64,000 nt of DNA, from the NCBI GenBank assembly GCA_965246715.1, contig CBDFFH010000038.1, positions 32,001-96,000 on the forward strand. The letters are read 5' to 3'. Below the pieces are notes generated by a model. It saw nothing but the letters and a program-made list of their open reading frames with translations, searched no databases and was not told where the DNA came from. Shown here in pieces: positions 1 to 10,076 of the stretch. Within the stretch, counting starts at the first letter, position 1; each line of letters opens with the position of its first letter. The position numbers were made by a program, and so were the translations under genes. The DNA is from Chamaesiphon sp. GTDB lineage: Bacteria > Cyanobacteriota > Cyanobacteriia > Cyanobacteriales > Chamaesiphonaceae.

Positions 1-120
1 GCGCGCCGCTCGCGATACATCTTGAATTGCTGGAAATGCAGCAACAAGTAGTGCTGTCAAACTGACAGCAACCATCAGGGTCGAGCATCCAAGTAGAAAC
101 AGCGGATCGATAGAATACAA
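1..120 (-). CDS. Partial (5' end) conserved cyanobacterial membrane protein, DUF948-like; runs off the window
   Basis: Manual translation from TTG at 120: (M)YSIDPLFLLGCSTLMVAVSLTALLVAAFPAIQDVSRAAR. It resembles the 'IDPLFWLG...RAARSAEK' protein that follows YtxH genes in cyanobacteria. Confidence 0.7.
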   Translation of the reverse strand, partial: MYSIDPLFLLGCSTLMVAVSLTALLVAAFPAIQDVSRAAR

Positions 121-170
121 AATGTGGGAGTGTAGGGAAAGGGGAAACGCCAAGAGTAACTATGCTCTAG

Positions 171-515
171 TCACTCTGAATCTTCAACTTCAGCACTCGA
201 TCGGCGATCGGGTGGAAGTTTTGGCTCATGCGGGCGCACGGATTGACTAGCAACGATTCCCGCCGCGATCGCGTTGGCAAGTCGATCGAGTGTATCCTGC
301 CAGCGATCGCTCGCCGCAGCCGAAAGCCGATCTGCTTGAAATTTGACGCTACTGGAGACATCTTCAGCCATTTGAGGGACTGCTGTGGCCGTTTTTTTGA
401 GCAGCCTGCGGGTATCTCGACCTTTGCGCGGTGCTGCCAGCAATCCAGCAACAGTACCGATCGCTGTTCCCAGGATTACTCCACCGATAAATGTGTCGCG
501 ATTTTTATCTGCCAT
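171..515 (-). CDS. YtxH domain-containing protein
   Basis: FIGGVILGTAIGTVAGLLAAPRKGRDTRRLLKK motif; ATG at 515 preferred over TTG at 533. Confidence 0.85.
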   Translation of the reverse strand: MADKNRDTFIGGVILGTAIGTVAGLLAAPRKGRDTRRLLKKTATAVPQMAEDVSSSVKFQADRLSAAASDRWQDTLDRLANAIAAGIVASQSVRPHEPKLPPDRRSSAEVEDSE

Positions 516-547
516 AGCTCGATGATTACCCAACCGATTGTACTATT

Positions 548-1132
548 TTAGATCGATTTCCGTCTTTTCCTGCGCCCTTGCCATAATACCCAGCAAATGG
601 TCCCATTAATACAGAACATGTACAGCGGATAGATCGCCACTTGCCAGCTCCAGCGATCGATCGCGAGGACGTTGAGTGTGTTTGCCACAAAAAATAACAC
701 CCAAGCCAACAAATCTTCTCCATGCGGATCGATTAAAGATTTCCGGAGTGTGGGGAGAGCGCCTAACAAATCTATGCCGATATTTATTGCCAGTGCCAGA
801 TCGGGAGATCGACAGATGCCCCATAACAACAGACTTAGCCCAGCGCCTAACAAACAAATTCGATCGAATCTAGTCCAACCACCTTGCCCGAATTTAATCC
901 CGAAGATAGAAGTAACTAACGGCCCGATGATATAGCTAAGCGGCACCCAAATTGTGGCATTGGCACCAGCGGAGCGATAGCTGGCAGCAATAATTATCCC
1001 CACCACCAACCAAATCCACCATGTCGCCCGATTCGGACGAGTTCTACCCTGCCAAATCGCTACCCAGTAAGGGATAAATCCGACTAGCGCACAAATCCCC
1101 GCAATCGCTCCAATACTGTCTTGAAGTGTCAG
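548..1132 (-). CDS. Hypothetical multi-pass membrane protein, probable CTG start
   Basis: The frame stays open 41 codons upstream of the ORF-track start (LTLQDSIGAIAGICALVGFIPYWVAIWQGRTRPNRATWWIW). AGGAG lies 8 nt before the CTG at 1132. Confidence 0.7.
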   Translation of the reverse strand: MTLQDSIGAIAGICALVGFIPYWVAIWQGRTRPNRATWWIWLVVGIIIAASYRSAGANATIWVPLSYIIGPLVTSIFGIKFGQGGWTRFDRICLLGAGLSLLLWGICRSPDLALAINIGIDLLGALPTLRKSLIDPHGEDLLAWVLFFVANTLNVLAIDRWSWQVAIYPLYMFCINGTICWVLWQGRRKRRKSI

Positions 1133-1192
1133 TTGTCTTGCTCCTAATTTAATCGTGCCGTAGTTAGCGATCGCGTTCGATTTAACAATTAT

Positions 1193-2332
1193 TTATTCCA
1201 GGGGTTCGCTGTCTGTCTCCACAGGCGGCCGATCTGGCTGCTCGACAGTTGCCCGCAACCGTTGCCAGACAGTAATCGTCAACAGCGACGCAATCCCTAC
1301 AGCCGTTACAACGATCGCAGTTTGGCGAATGCCCTGCATCCGCATTGCAATCAGACCGCCAGCTAAGTTAACCGCCCATAAAATAACTGCTGAATGCCGC
1401 TGCGAAAATCCTTGGGCTAACAGGCGGTGATGCAGGTGATCTTTGCCTGGAGTACTCAGTGGATTTTTTCCTGATAGCAGCCGCTTGATAATCACTTGGC
1501 TGGTATCGACAACAGGGACTAGTAGGAGTAAAACTGTTGGTACGAGGGAAGTAATCGTGCTCACTTTGCCACCACCCAAAATACTTGTTGCTGCTAATAC
1601 ATAGCCTAAAAAGTAAGCGCCAGCATCTCCCAAAATAATCCGTGACGGATGGTAATTGTGACGGAGGAATCCTAATGCCGCCCCACCGATGCCAGCGGAG
1701 ATGAGTGTTGCTGCGGCTCTAGTTTCAAATTGACAGGATGTTGCGAGCAGCATCATCGCCGTAATAAAGCTCACGCCACCAGCCAATCCATCGATCCCAT
1801 CCATCAAATTTACGGCATTGGTAATCCCGACGACCCATAATACGGTAAAAATCACCGATAAGATCCCGTCGATCGGTGCGCCGAAATACACGATATGAAT
1901 TTGAATCCGACAGACTACTAATAATAATGCGACTAAAACCTGTACTAGGAGGCGAAATAGTGGCGGTAGGCCATCTTTGACTTGATCGTCGATAAATCCG
2001 ACAATGACTAATACCGAGCCACCGAGTAAGATTGCCAACACCGCCACCTGAACTTTGGCAATGACGATCGGTGACAGACAGCCAGCTAAAATAGTGGCAG
2101 CGATTACACCTGCATAAATTGCCAATCCGCCAGCATTTGGCAAAGGTTCTTTATTGAGTCGGCGAGCATTGGGCTGATCCGCCCACCCCACTTCGATCGC
2201 AAAGGTGCGTACCTTGGGAATAAACAGGTAAGTCACGATCCAGGCGAACATAAAGGTGAGGATCACGGATAACCATCCGCGCCCAAAAGGATCGGCAACA
2301 CCGATCGAATGCATGAAATTTTCAAAAGTCAT
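1193..2332 (-). CDS. MraY/WecA-like polyprenyl-phosphate sugar-1-phosphate transferase (glycosyltransferase family 4)
   Basis: GFIDD, NAVNLMDGIDGLAGG, LGDAGAYFLG and DHLHHRL motifs; many TM segments. Confidence 0.92.
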   Translation of the reverse strand: MTFENFMHSIGVADPFGRGWLSVILTFMFAWIVTYLFIPKVRTFAIEVGWADQPNARRLNKEPLPNAGGLAIYAGVIAATILAGCLSPIVIAKVQVAVLAILLGGSVLVIVGFIDDQVKDGLPPLFRLLVQVLVALLLVVCRIQIHIVYFGAPIDGILSVIFTVLWVVGITNAVNLMDGIDGLAGGVSFITAMMLLATSCQFETRAAATLISAGIGGAALGFLRHNYHPSRIILGDAGAYFLGYVLAATSILGGGKVSTITSLVPTVLLLLVPVVDTSQVIIKRLLSGKNPLSTPGKDHLHHRLLAQGFSQRHSAVILWAVNLAGGLIAMRMQGIRQTAIVVTAVGIASLLTITVWQRLRATVEQPDRPPVETDSEPLE

Positions 2333-2340
2333 GTAAATCC

Positions 2341-2793
2341 CTAGTTAGATCGATCGTGGCTGTGCGTGTGTAAGTGCCTGACTTGACATTCATCGGGAAG
2401 ATCGGTTACTTCGGTCGGCGCACAAGTCATGCAAACTCCAAAAAATTCCAGTGTGTGGTAATAAATTTTAAATCCATGGAGTGACTCCAATCTGCGTTCT
2501 AACTGTTCTACTGGGCACTCATCGATCGGGATCGATTGCCCGCAGTGCAAACAAGTCAGATGGTGTCGATCTGCTTGCACACAACTATACAATGATTCGC
2601 CAGTAGGTAATGTCCGACCTTGAATTATCCCTTCCAATTTTAGACTCTCAAGAGCACGGTAGATTGTGGCTAGTCCCACAGCTCGATCGCGCGTGCGGAG
2701 TTCGACATAAATATCTTGTGCGGAAATTTCGCGATCGAATTGCTTCAGGAGTTGTAAAATACGTTCTTGGCTGCGAGTGCGATCTGATTTCAT
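2341..2793 (-). CDS. zur: Fur-family regulator, Zur/FurB type
   Basis: VGLATIYRAL helix, HHLTCLHCG and CxxC motifs; TRSQERIL N-terminus typical of cyanobacterial FurB; His-rich tail. Confidence 0.8.
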   Translation of the reverse strand: MKSDRTRSQERILQLLKQFDREISAQDIYVELRTRDRAVGLATIYRALESLKLEGIIQGRTLPTGESLYSCVQADRHHLTCLHCGQSIPIDECPVEQLERRLESLHGFKIYYHTLEFFGVCMTCAPTEVTDLPDECQVRHLHTHSHDRSN

Positions 2794-3037
2794 CGAAACA
2801 TTATGGCTGATAAAGAATGAATAATGAATGCCGAACTACTCTTACCATTGCCGCGTCGTGTTTTATAATCTAATGATGCCCATTCATACACCACACAGCG
2901 CTACAGCAACAATCTAGATTTGGGACTGGGATTCACAAGATCGCTAACAGCCAAGCTTGGTACTAGTATAAGATCGTGACAGTCGATCTCCCGATCGGGC
3001 TGCCGCCTATAAATTATCGCAAACTTGAGGAGTCCCG

Positions 3038-3301
3038 TTGAAGCAAAAATATCACGCCCGTATCTATGTTACCCTGCGTCCCTCCGTCCTCGATCCCGCA
3101 GGTACAGCAGTCCAGTCTGGGTTAGAACACATGGGCTATACTGATGTCGAAAGCGTCCGCATCGGCAAATACATCGAAGTCAATCTCAGCGCCACCGATG
3201 AAGCACAGGCACACACTCAACTAGACGAAATGTGCGATAAACTGTTCGCCAATCCCGTCATCGAGAATTATCGAGTGGAGTTAGGGGATAGTGAACAGTG
3301 A
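3038..3301 (+). CDS. purS: Phosphoribosylformylglycinamidine synthase subunit PurS
   Basis: VTLRPSVLDPAG...LFANPVIENY; directly upstream of purQ. Confidence 0.95.
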   Translation: MKQKYHARIYVTLRPSVLDPAGTAVQSGLEHMGYTDVESVRIGKYIEVNLSATDEAQAHTQLDEMCDKLFANPVIENYRVELGDSEQ

Positions 3302-3314
3302 ACAGTGCTAGTAA

Positions 3315-3404
3315 ATTCCCCTCCTCGGAGCGGTGCGCGCCCGTCGGGTTTCCCGACGCGAAAAGCGCACCAAGACAGGGGTGCCCGACAGGGCGGGGTG
3401 GTTC
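3315..3404. repeat. Short dispersed palindromic repeat with a nested 48-nt hairpin insert
   Basis: ATTCCCCTCCTCGGAG|...|GGGTGCCCGACAGGGCGGGGTGG matches the copy at 13827. The insert 3331-3378 has GGTGCGC/GCGCACC and CGTCGGG/CCCGACG stems. Confidence 0.8.
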
Positions 3405-3463
3405 AGATCTCCGCATATCACTAAATTAATCCCTCCCTCCCACACTCTCCCCCCAATCCTCCT

Positions 3464-4120
3464 GTGAAATTCGGCATTATTATCTTTCCTGGCTCTAACT
3501 GCGATCGCGATGTGGTATATGTCACCCGCGATTTGCTCGGACAACCTACCCGCACGATCTGGCATGAAGAAACCGATCTACATGATGTAGATGTAGTGGT
3601 CGTTCCAGGTGGTTTTAGTTATGGTGATTACCTGCGCTGTGGTGCGATCGCCAGATTTTCACCGATTATGAAACAAGTTGTCGCTCATGCCCAGAGTGGT
3701 AAATATGTCTTGGGTATTTGTAATGGGTTTCAGATCTTGACTGAAGCTGGATTGTTACCTGGGGCGCTAGTTCGCAATCGAGACTTGCATTTTATCTGCG
3801 ATCGCGTCCCGATCCAAGTCGAACGTACCGATTTACCCTGGACTCAGGGCTATACTAGCGATACAGAAATAACTCTCCCGATCGCACATGGTGAAGGCTG
3901 CTATCATGCCGATCCTGACACGCTCGCCGATCTCGAAGCCAATGGCCAAGTTCTATTTCGCTACGCTGGCACCAATCCGAACGGCTCGTTAAATAATATC
4001 GCCGGAATTTGCAATAAATCCAAAAATATCTTAGGTATGATGCCCCATCCCGAACGCGCCGCAGATCCCCTGCTCGGTAACAGCGATGGGATTCATTTAT
4101 TTAAAAGTCTGATCGGTTAA
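3464..4120 (+). CDS. purQ: Phosphoribosylformylglycinamidine synthase glutaminase subunit PurQ
   Basis: [37 protein letters not shown]. Confidence 0.97.
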   Translation: MKFGIIIFPGSNCDRDVVYVTRDLLGQPTRTIWHEETDLHDVDVVVVPGGFSYGDYLRCGAIARFSPIMKQVVAHAQSGKYVLGICNGFQILTEAGLLPGALVRNRDLHFICDRVPIQVERTDLPWTQGYTSDTEITLPIAHGEGCYHADPDTLADLEANGQVLFRYAGTNPNGSLNNIAGICNKSKNILGMMPHPERAADPLLGNSDGIHLFKSLIG

Positions 4121-4339
4121 AGGTATACTGCTTAATCCAATTCAAGTATGTTAATTCTGGTTGATCGAACATTTTTCCGGTATTAGGTGGAAAGTTGTCC
4201 ATCTAACTAGCCTAAATGGGGGTATTCGGCCGACAGTATCAGTCTAAATAAGAGTTGTCCCTCATCGGTAATGCTATCGAGACATACTCATCTACATTAG
4301 GCTGTGATTGCAAAGATTATCGAAACATTGCCTAATATT

Positions 4340-4461
4340 ATGGAATCAAAATCACCAAAATCTCTACCAATCGAAAAGCAAGAAGTGTTTGTAGACGCTC
4401 AACTATATACATCTTTTAATTTGGAGGGACAAGAAGAAGAGGATCTAAACAAGTTTTTTCT
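4340..4461 (+). pseudogene. 5' fragment of the Zn-ribbon/HEPN-like gene interrupted by ISL3
   Basis: MESKSPKSLPIEKQEVF...DLNKFF rejoins the 3' fragment in frame once the IS and one TSD copy are removed. Confidence 0.85.
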
Positions 4462-5876
4462 GGTTCTACCGAACTTACTATGCTAAATCAAGGATTGAAA
4501 TGCCATGCTAGCAAACTTCTGATCTGAAAATTCTCAAAATTTCTAAACCCATATCCCATTCTTTTTATTAGCTTGAGTTTATTGTTAATTCCTTCGACGA
4601 CTCCTTGAGTTGTTCTATTATCAAAATAGGCAATTATTTCACCAATCCATCTTTTAATAGTTCCACAACTCTTGGGGAATTTCCCACAAGCATTCTTGAG
4701 CCAGTCACACAAGCTTATTAGCCCATTTCCCCAATCTGTTTTTGATTCAAATATATCTCTAAATAACTCTTTTGTTTTGTGCATTGCTGCTAATTCTGGA
4801 AAAACGTCTCCAATCTCTTTCAACTTCTCTTTTTGCAATTCATTCAAATCCGCTTCGTTTTTGAGTATTGCATATTTACTGTGAGTTAATGCTGCTAATT
4901 TCTTGTTCTTTTCATCTTTGTTCTTCACCCTCTCAGCCTCTCTTTTGATTTTAATTCTCTCTCGATCTAACTCTTCATTTATCTGTTTCATTACATGAAA
5001 TCTGTCTCCAACCACTTCAGCATTTGGTATCAATTCATTTACCAGACTTTTGTATGATGAAAATAGATCGATACTTACTTCTGTAATTTGGTTCAAAACC
5101 TCCGAACCCCAAGACTTCAAGCACTCACCAATACATTCTTGAGTCCTTTTTGGTAAGATGGCTATTAACTCTCTTTTTTCTAGATCTACTAACACCGCAC
5201 AATAGTTTTTTTGCCCTTTAACAAAGGCAATTTCATCAATTCCTAGTCTGGTTAAATTCTCTGGCTTTTTTTGCACTAGATTTACCCCAGCTTTTTTGAT
5301 TATTGTCTCCACTTCTTGCTCACTTAATCCATTTCTTTTGGCAACACTTTTAATATCACTAGCTAGACTCTCTTCGACAATCTTCTGCTTCATTCGCTCG
5401 GTGAAATGACTTCTCTTTTTGATGAAATTTAATTCCTCACTGAATTTTCGACCACAACTCATACACTTGAATTGACGACGATTAATTTTAAGGTAAACAT
5501 CATGTTCACCGAATGGTAGATCTCTCACTGTTAATTGGTGATTCTCATGAAGTTTATTACTTTCAGTTCCACAATGAGGACACACTGCTTTTAATTGCTG
5601 ATTTTCTAGATAAATAAAATAACCGATTTCATCTAAGATCTTATAAGCAGTGACGGTCATTCCGTCGATATTAAGAATTTCATTAATGGTTTTTAGTTGC
5701 GATTTGGATGACATAATGCAATTCAAGCTTATTTGTTGCCAGAAATCAAGATCTTACTATTCTATAATAAAATCTGTCATTTATGCTGCACCAAGCTTCC
5801 ATAACTCAAAATTATCAATTTTGTCAATTAAACTTGATTCTTATCCACTACTTAGCATAGCAAGTTCGGTAGAGCC
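4462..5876 (-). mobile_element. Complete ISL3-family insertion sequence (1415 bp)
   Basis: 25-bp terminal IRs GGTTCTACCGAACTTACTATGCTAA / GGCTCTACCGAACTTGCTATGCTAA (2 mismatches); 8-bp TSD TTTTTTCT at 4454-4461 and 5877-5884. Confidence 0.95.
4488..5714 (-). CDS. ISL3-family transposase
   Basis: CPHCG/CMSCG zinc finger, LGIDEIA, VSIDL, DRFHV, TTQGVVEGINNKLKLIKRMGYGFRNFENF. Confidence 0.96.
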   Translation of the reverse strand: MSSKSQLKTINEILNIDGMTVTAYKILDEIGYFIYLENQQLKAVCPHCGTESNKLHENHQLTVRDLPFGEHDVYLKINRRQFKCMSCGRKFSEELNFIKKRSHFTERMKQKIVEESLASDIKSVAKRNGLSEQEVETIIKKAGVNLVQKKPENLTRLGIDEIAFVKGQKNYCAVLVDLEKRELIAILPKRTQECIGECLKSWGSEVLNQITEVSIDLFSSYKSLVNELIPNAEVVGDRFHVMKQINEELDRERIKIKREAERVKNKDEKNKKLAALTHSKYAILKNEADLNELQKEKLKEIGDVFPELAAMHKTKELFRDIFESKTDWGNGLISLCDWLKNACGKFPKSCGTIKRWIGEIIAYFDNRTTQGVVEGINNKLKLIKRMGYGFRNFENFQIRSLLAWHFNP

Positions 5877-6629
5877 TTTTTTCTTGGAGGTGGAACAGTA
5901 GATGCTTGGTGTCCTATATGTCGATGCCATAGTGTCTTCCACATCAAGAGCCAGCTAGCCTCAGATGGCGAGAAGGAGAAAAAACTTCCACACCGTGGAA
6001 CAATTATTATTGAAGCTGTGTGTGGGCGCGGAGGTATAAACAGCTATCAAGGGTGCAGGTCGATTTTTAATACGGTTTTTGTGAAAGATGCCTCTGAAAT
6101 CATCAAGATAGGTCAGAATCCTTCAGCAGCAGAGTTAGAGTTTGGATCGCTTGATGAAGCTTTTGATAAAGAGTTGTCTGGATCATTTAGAAGAGAATTA
6201 GGTACCGCAATTGGTCTTTATGCTCATGGTGTTGGAATAGGTTCCTTCGTTTATCTCAGAAGGATATTTGAAGCCCTAGTTGAGGAGGCTCATCAAGTTG
6301 CCCGACAAGATGAGAACTGGGATGAGTCTAAATATCATCGGCTAAGAGTATCTGAAAAACTTGATCTCCTTAGAGGTTACCTTCCTTCAAGACTAGTCCA
6401 AACTGCTCATCTTTATGGAATACTTAGTCTGGGAATACATGAACTTTCAGAAAAAGATTGTTTAGAAAGCTTTGAGCTTGTCAAGGGCGCGATTGAACTT
6501 ATTTTAAAAGAGCGCCACGAAGTAAAACGATATGAAAATTTAGTTAAAGGAGTTAGTCAGAAATCTCAAGAACTTCAGCAAAATGCTTCTTCTAAACAAC
6601 TGAATAAAAAGCCGAGACCAAATGCCTAA
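5877..6629 (+). pseudogene. 3' part of the IS-interrupted Zn-ribbon + HEPN/DUF4145-like gene
   Basis: FFLGGGTVDAWCPICRCHSVF...GIGSFVYLRRIFEAL...LYGILSLGIHELSE; in frame with the ORF at 6018. Confidence 0.8.
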
Positions 6630-6752
6630 CAACTGCTTTGTGTTGGATCGAACGACTCGATACTTTGGCTAGAGCTATGTCCCCTATCCCCTAACGACAA
6701 ATATGGTGTAGCTTGGATCGTATGTATCGATCGATCTGCATCCTCCTCACTA

Positions 6753-8000
6753 ATGATTAATCCCCAGATTCACCGCACCCAGACAGCCAACGGGATCGTA
6801 GTCCTGACGATCGCCAATCCCGCAGCAGATATCGTTTCTGGGAAATTTTTCGTGCCAGCAGGGAGTAGATGGGAAAGTGAAGATCGATCTGGGTTGGCTC
6901 ATCTACTCACATCGTTACTGACAAAGGGAACGCAGCGGTTGTCGGCGCTGGAAATAGCCGATCGGATCGAGTCAGTTGGGGCGGGATTGGGTGCAGATGT
7001 GACGACTGATTATCTCCAGTTGAGTATCAAGACAGTTAAGTCGGATTTACCAGATATATTCAAGTTAGCTGGCGAGATTCTGCGTACGCCATCTTTTCCC
7101 GAAGCGCAGATCGAACTCGAACGTAAATTAACCCTTCAAGCCATTCGATCGCAAACCGAGCAGCCATTTAATAACGCCTATCGTCAACTGCGCGAATCTC
7201 TCTATGCCGCACATCCGTATGCTCGATCGCCACTCGGCACGAGCGATACAGTCAGTCAAATTACCCGTCAGGACTTGGTTGACTACCATCAAACTCATAT
7301 TCGACCCGATCGACTAATTATCTGCCTTGCTGGGCGAATTACCCCTGATGAGGCGATCGAGTTAGTGACTCAAGTATTTGGTGATTGGGCGCAGCCGGAG
7401 CGCGAACTGCCGACTCTTGCGACGACAACAGTTATTTCCCAACCGCAGTATTTATTAGAACATCAAGCTACCCAACAATCGATCGTCATGTTGGGTTATC
7501 TCGCCCCAGCCATGCACGATCCGCATTGCATTCCGCTCAAGCTAATTAATAGCTATTTAGGAAATGGGATGTCGAGTCGATTATTTGTCGAATTGCGGGA
7601 GAAGCGAGGACTAGCCTACGATGTATCGGCTTTTTACCCGACTAAATTAGATACTTCGCACTTTGCTGTATATATGGGCACTAACCCTAGCAATACGCGT
7701 GTCGCTGTCAGTGGTTTGCGAGCGGAAGTCGATCGACTGTGCATCGAACGGCTCCCCGTCAGCGAACTCCAAGCTGCCAAAGACAAACTGCTCGGGCAAT
7801 ATGCCTTGGGCAAACAAACTAACGGACAATTAGCCCAAACCTATGGTTGGTATGAGCTAATGGGTTTGAGTATGGATTTCGATCGGCAATTTAGCACGGA
7901 AATTCAGTCGATTACTCCAGTTCAGCTCCAAACTGTGGCGGAGAAATACCTCGGCGACCCCTATATTTCGATCGTTAGTCCGAAAGAGCATAGTGACTAG
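6753..8000 (+). CDS. M16 (pitrilysin/PqqL-like) peptidase family protein, probably the non-catalytic subunit
   Basis: GLAHLLTSLL in place of HxxEH; SSRLFVELREKRGLAY motif. Confidence 0.9.
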   Translation: MINPQIHRTQTANGIVVLTIANPAADIVSGKFFVPAGSRWESEDRSGLAHLLTSLLTKGTQRLSALEIADRIESVGAGLGADVTTDYLQLSIKTVKSDLPDIFKLAGEILRTPSFPEAQIELERKLTLQAIRSQTEQPFNNAYRQLRESLYAAHPYARSPLGTSDTVSQITRQDLVDYHQTHIRPDRLIICLAGRITPDEAIELVTQVFGDWAQPERELPTLATTTVISQPQYLLEHQATQQSIVMLGYLAPAMHDPHCIPLKLINSYLGNGMSSRLFVELREKRGLAYDVSAFYPTKLDTSHFAVYMGTNPSNTRVAVSGLRAEVDRLCIERLPVSELQAAKDKLLGQYALGKQTNGQLAQTYGWYELMGLSMDFDRQFSTEIQSITPVQLQTVAEKYLGDPYISIVSPKEHSD

Positions 8001-8009
8001 CTACTATTT

Positions 8010-8264
8010 TTACTCCCTTACCCCAACTTCCTCGGTTCTGACCACCGAATTAAGTCCCCAAACATGTTCTACCTCCACCTGTTGATGGGTGCAGACATCC
8101 TCTAAGAGTTTATGCTGCGATAAAGCTTTGCGGAGGGTAACGATCAATTGTTGTACCCGTTCTCGGACGATCGGATCGCGATCGGCCGATCGCATACTTT
8201 GACGTTCGAGAACTTGGAGAATCAATTCGTAATGGACGAGTGAAGGTAGTGTAATTCGATCCAT
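8010..8264 (-). CDS. Conserved cyanobacterial small protein (DUF5340-like)
   Basis: LPSLVHYELILQVLERQ...LRKALSQHKLLE; downstream of trpC. Confidence 0.75.
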   Translation of the reverse strand: MDRITLPSLVHYELILQVLERQSMRSADRDPIVRERVQQLIVTLRKALSQHKLLEDVCTHQQVEVEHVWGLNSVVRTEEVGVRE

Positions 8265-8329
8265 GAATATGCCGTCACCTTGTACCGAACGGATCGGTGA
8301 TTATTGGAGTGGATAAATTTCAGCGTAGA

Positions 8330-9214
8330 TTATGCTGCAAACAAATCGATGAGCGCTTGGCCGGGATCGTCTTGCTTTACTAATGATTCCCCAATTAGGA
8401 CGGCATTAACACCAGCATTAGCTACTATTTTAAGATCTTCAGCAGTGTGTATTCCCGATTCACTCACAATTAATACCCCACGATCTGATAATTGTTGTTG
8501 GCGCGTAGCCAATAGAGTACAGGCGTTCTGTAAGTCTACACTAAAATCGGCAAGATTGCGGTTATTAATCCCAATTAGATTCACACCCTCTAATGCTAAC
8601 ACTCGATCGAACTCCTCCGCCGTATGGACTTCAATCAATGCAGTCATCCCTAATCCGCGCACGATCTTGAGAAAATACTTAAGATCTTTATCGTCCAAAA
8701 TTGCGGCAATCAATAGCACCGCATCCGCACCATGCACGCGGGCATAATAAATCTGGTAAGGGTAAATGATAAATTCTTTACATAGCAAGGGTAAATCTAC
8801 TGCTTGGCGCACGTTCTGGAGATTTTCAAAGCTACCCTGAAAAAACTTGCGATCGGTCAATACCGACAAACAACTTGCACCACCACGCTGATAAGCTTTG
8901 GCGATCTCTACCGCATCAAAATCTGCCCTAATTACTCCTTTACTCGGCGAAGCCTTCTTTACCTCGGCAATAACCGCAGGATTCGTCTTTCCCTGACTTA
9001 GAGCACCGATAAAGTCTAGCGGTGGTGACATCTCTGGTACTTGTTTTTGTAATGTCTCCAAGGGCATCCGCTCGCGCATCTGGGCAACTTCCCGTTCTTT
9101 GTACCAGACAATTTCTTCTAAAATATGTTCTGGTTGATTGTCTGGAACGACGATTTGATATTCGAGATGGCTGACGCTGATAGCAGAACTGGGAGGACGA
9201 CGACGAATTTTCAT
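8330..9214 (-). CDS. trpC: Indole-3-glycerol phosphate synthase
   Basis: [31 protein letters not shown]; start at MKIRRR. Confidence 0.96.
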   Translation of the reverse strand: MKIRRRPPSSAISVSHLEYQIVVPDNQPEHILEEIVWYKEREVAQMRERMPLETLQKQVPEMSPPLDFIGALSQGKTNPAVIAEVKKASPSKGVIRADFDAVEIAKAYQRGGASCLSVLTDRKFFQGSFENLQNVRQAVDLPLLCKEFIIYPYQIYYARVHGADAVLLIAAILDDKDLKYFLKIVRGLGMTALIEVHTAEEFDRVLALEGVNLIGINNRNLADFSVDLQNACTLLATRQQQLSDRGVLIVSESGIHTAEDLKIVANAGVNAVLIGESLVKQDDPGQALIDLFAA

Positions 9215-9301
9215 GATTTCGGGAGTGTGTGTAACCAAAACTTAATGCTAAGAACCATTATCGGCTGGATGAAGCTGTATTGCCAGCGCCGCTTGAGTCA
9301 A

Positions 9302-9503
9302 CGATCGATCTATTCTAATTACGTAACCTAAGTTGCTACCTATAAACAAAGCGGTTAGAAACCGCTCCTCGAAATGCAAAGTCCGCCTTCGCGGACTGAC
9401 GATCCTAGTCCGCGAAGGCGGACTTTGCATCATTAGCCACGATTTCAATCGTTGGCATTCTACAGGTAGCAACTTAGGTTACGTAATTAGAATAGATCGA
9501 TCG
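9302..9503. mobile_element. MITE-like element family A (core 9325-9480) within a perfect 40-bp inverted repeat
   Basis: Core TIR AACCTAAGTTGCTACCT; arms 9302-9341 and 9464-9503 are exact reverse complements; internal hairpins. Confidence 0.85.
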
Positions 9504-9504
9504 G

Positions 9505-9798
9505 ATGATTCGTGGTCGAAAGACTCTAGCTATCGGGATTATTACAGCAATGCTGGTCATCGCATTTGCCGTGAATAGTCTATATTCTATGGGAAGCTGT
9601 CAAAAGCAAGCTTCAATTAAGACGATCGATGAAACAGGCGGCAAGGATTCTCGAATTGGATTCTCCAGTTCTTTGATACTCTTTGCCGCAAATATTATCT
9701 CCTTTCCTGATTTACCTGCGGAATGTGGGTTTAATCGTATCAGTATCGGCAGTAATATTCCCGCCGCGCCCAGCACCATTACTATCAACCGTTATTAA
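9505..9798 (+). CDS. Hypothetical protein with signal-peptide-like N-terminus
   Basis: 97-aa ORF with a basic then hydrophobic N-terminus; no family recognised. Confidence 0.35.
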   Translation: MIRGRKTLAIGIITAMLVIAFAVNSLYSMGSCQKQASIKTIDETGGKDSRIGFSSSLILFAANIISFPDLPAECGFNRISIGSNIPAAPSTITINRY

Positions 9799-10076
9799 TG
9801 CACCATTTTGAATATTCACATTCCGACTATTTACGGTAATATCGCCACCCTTGCCAGTAGAGTTTGCGGGCGATCGTTTGCCGCTACTCCCAAAACTCTA
9901 CCTGTTGCTCTAAGATCTAGCCGTTCGCTTCTTGCTTTCATTGCCAATGAGATGCTCGACTCAGATCCTAGCCATTTGTCTAGGATAATTTCTCCCCATT
10001 TTTCCGGTGCAAACTGTAGAGATCGCTCAGCACAATAAGAGCAGTAAATCGATCGCCGTTCGAGCGGAGCAATTTT

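Noticed and set aside
9248..9578. ORFs on both strands sharing GSNLGYVIRIDRS
   Set aside because: An artefact of the 40-bp inverted repeat.
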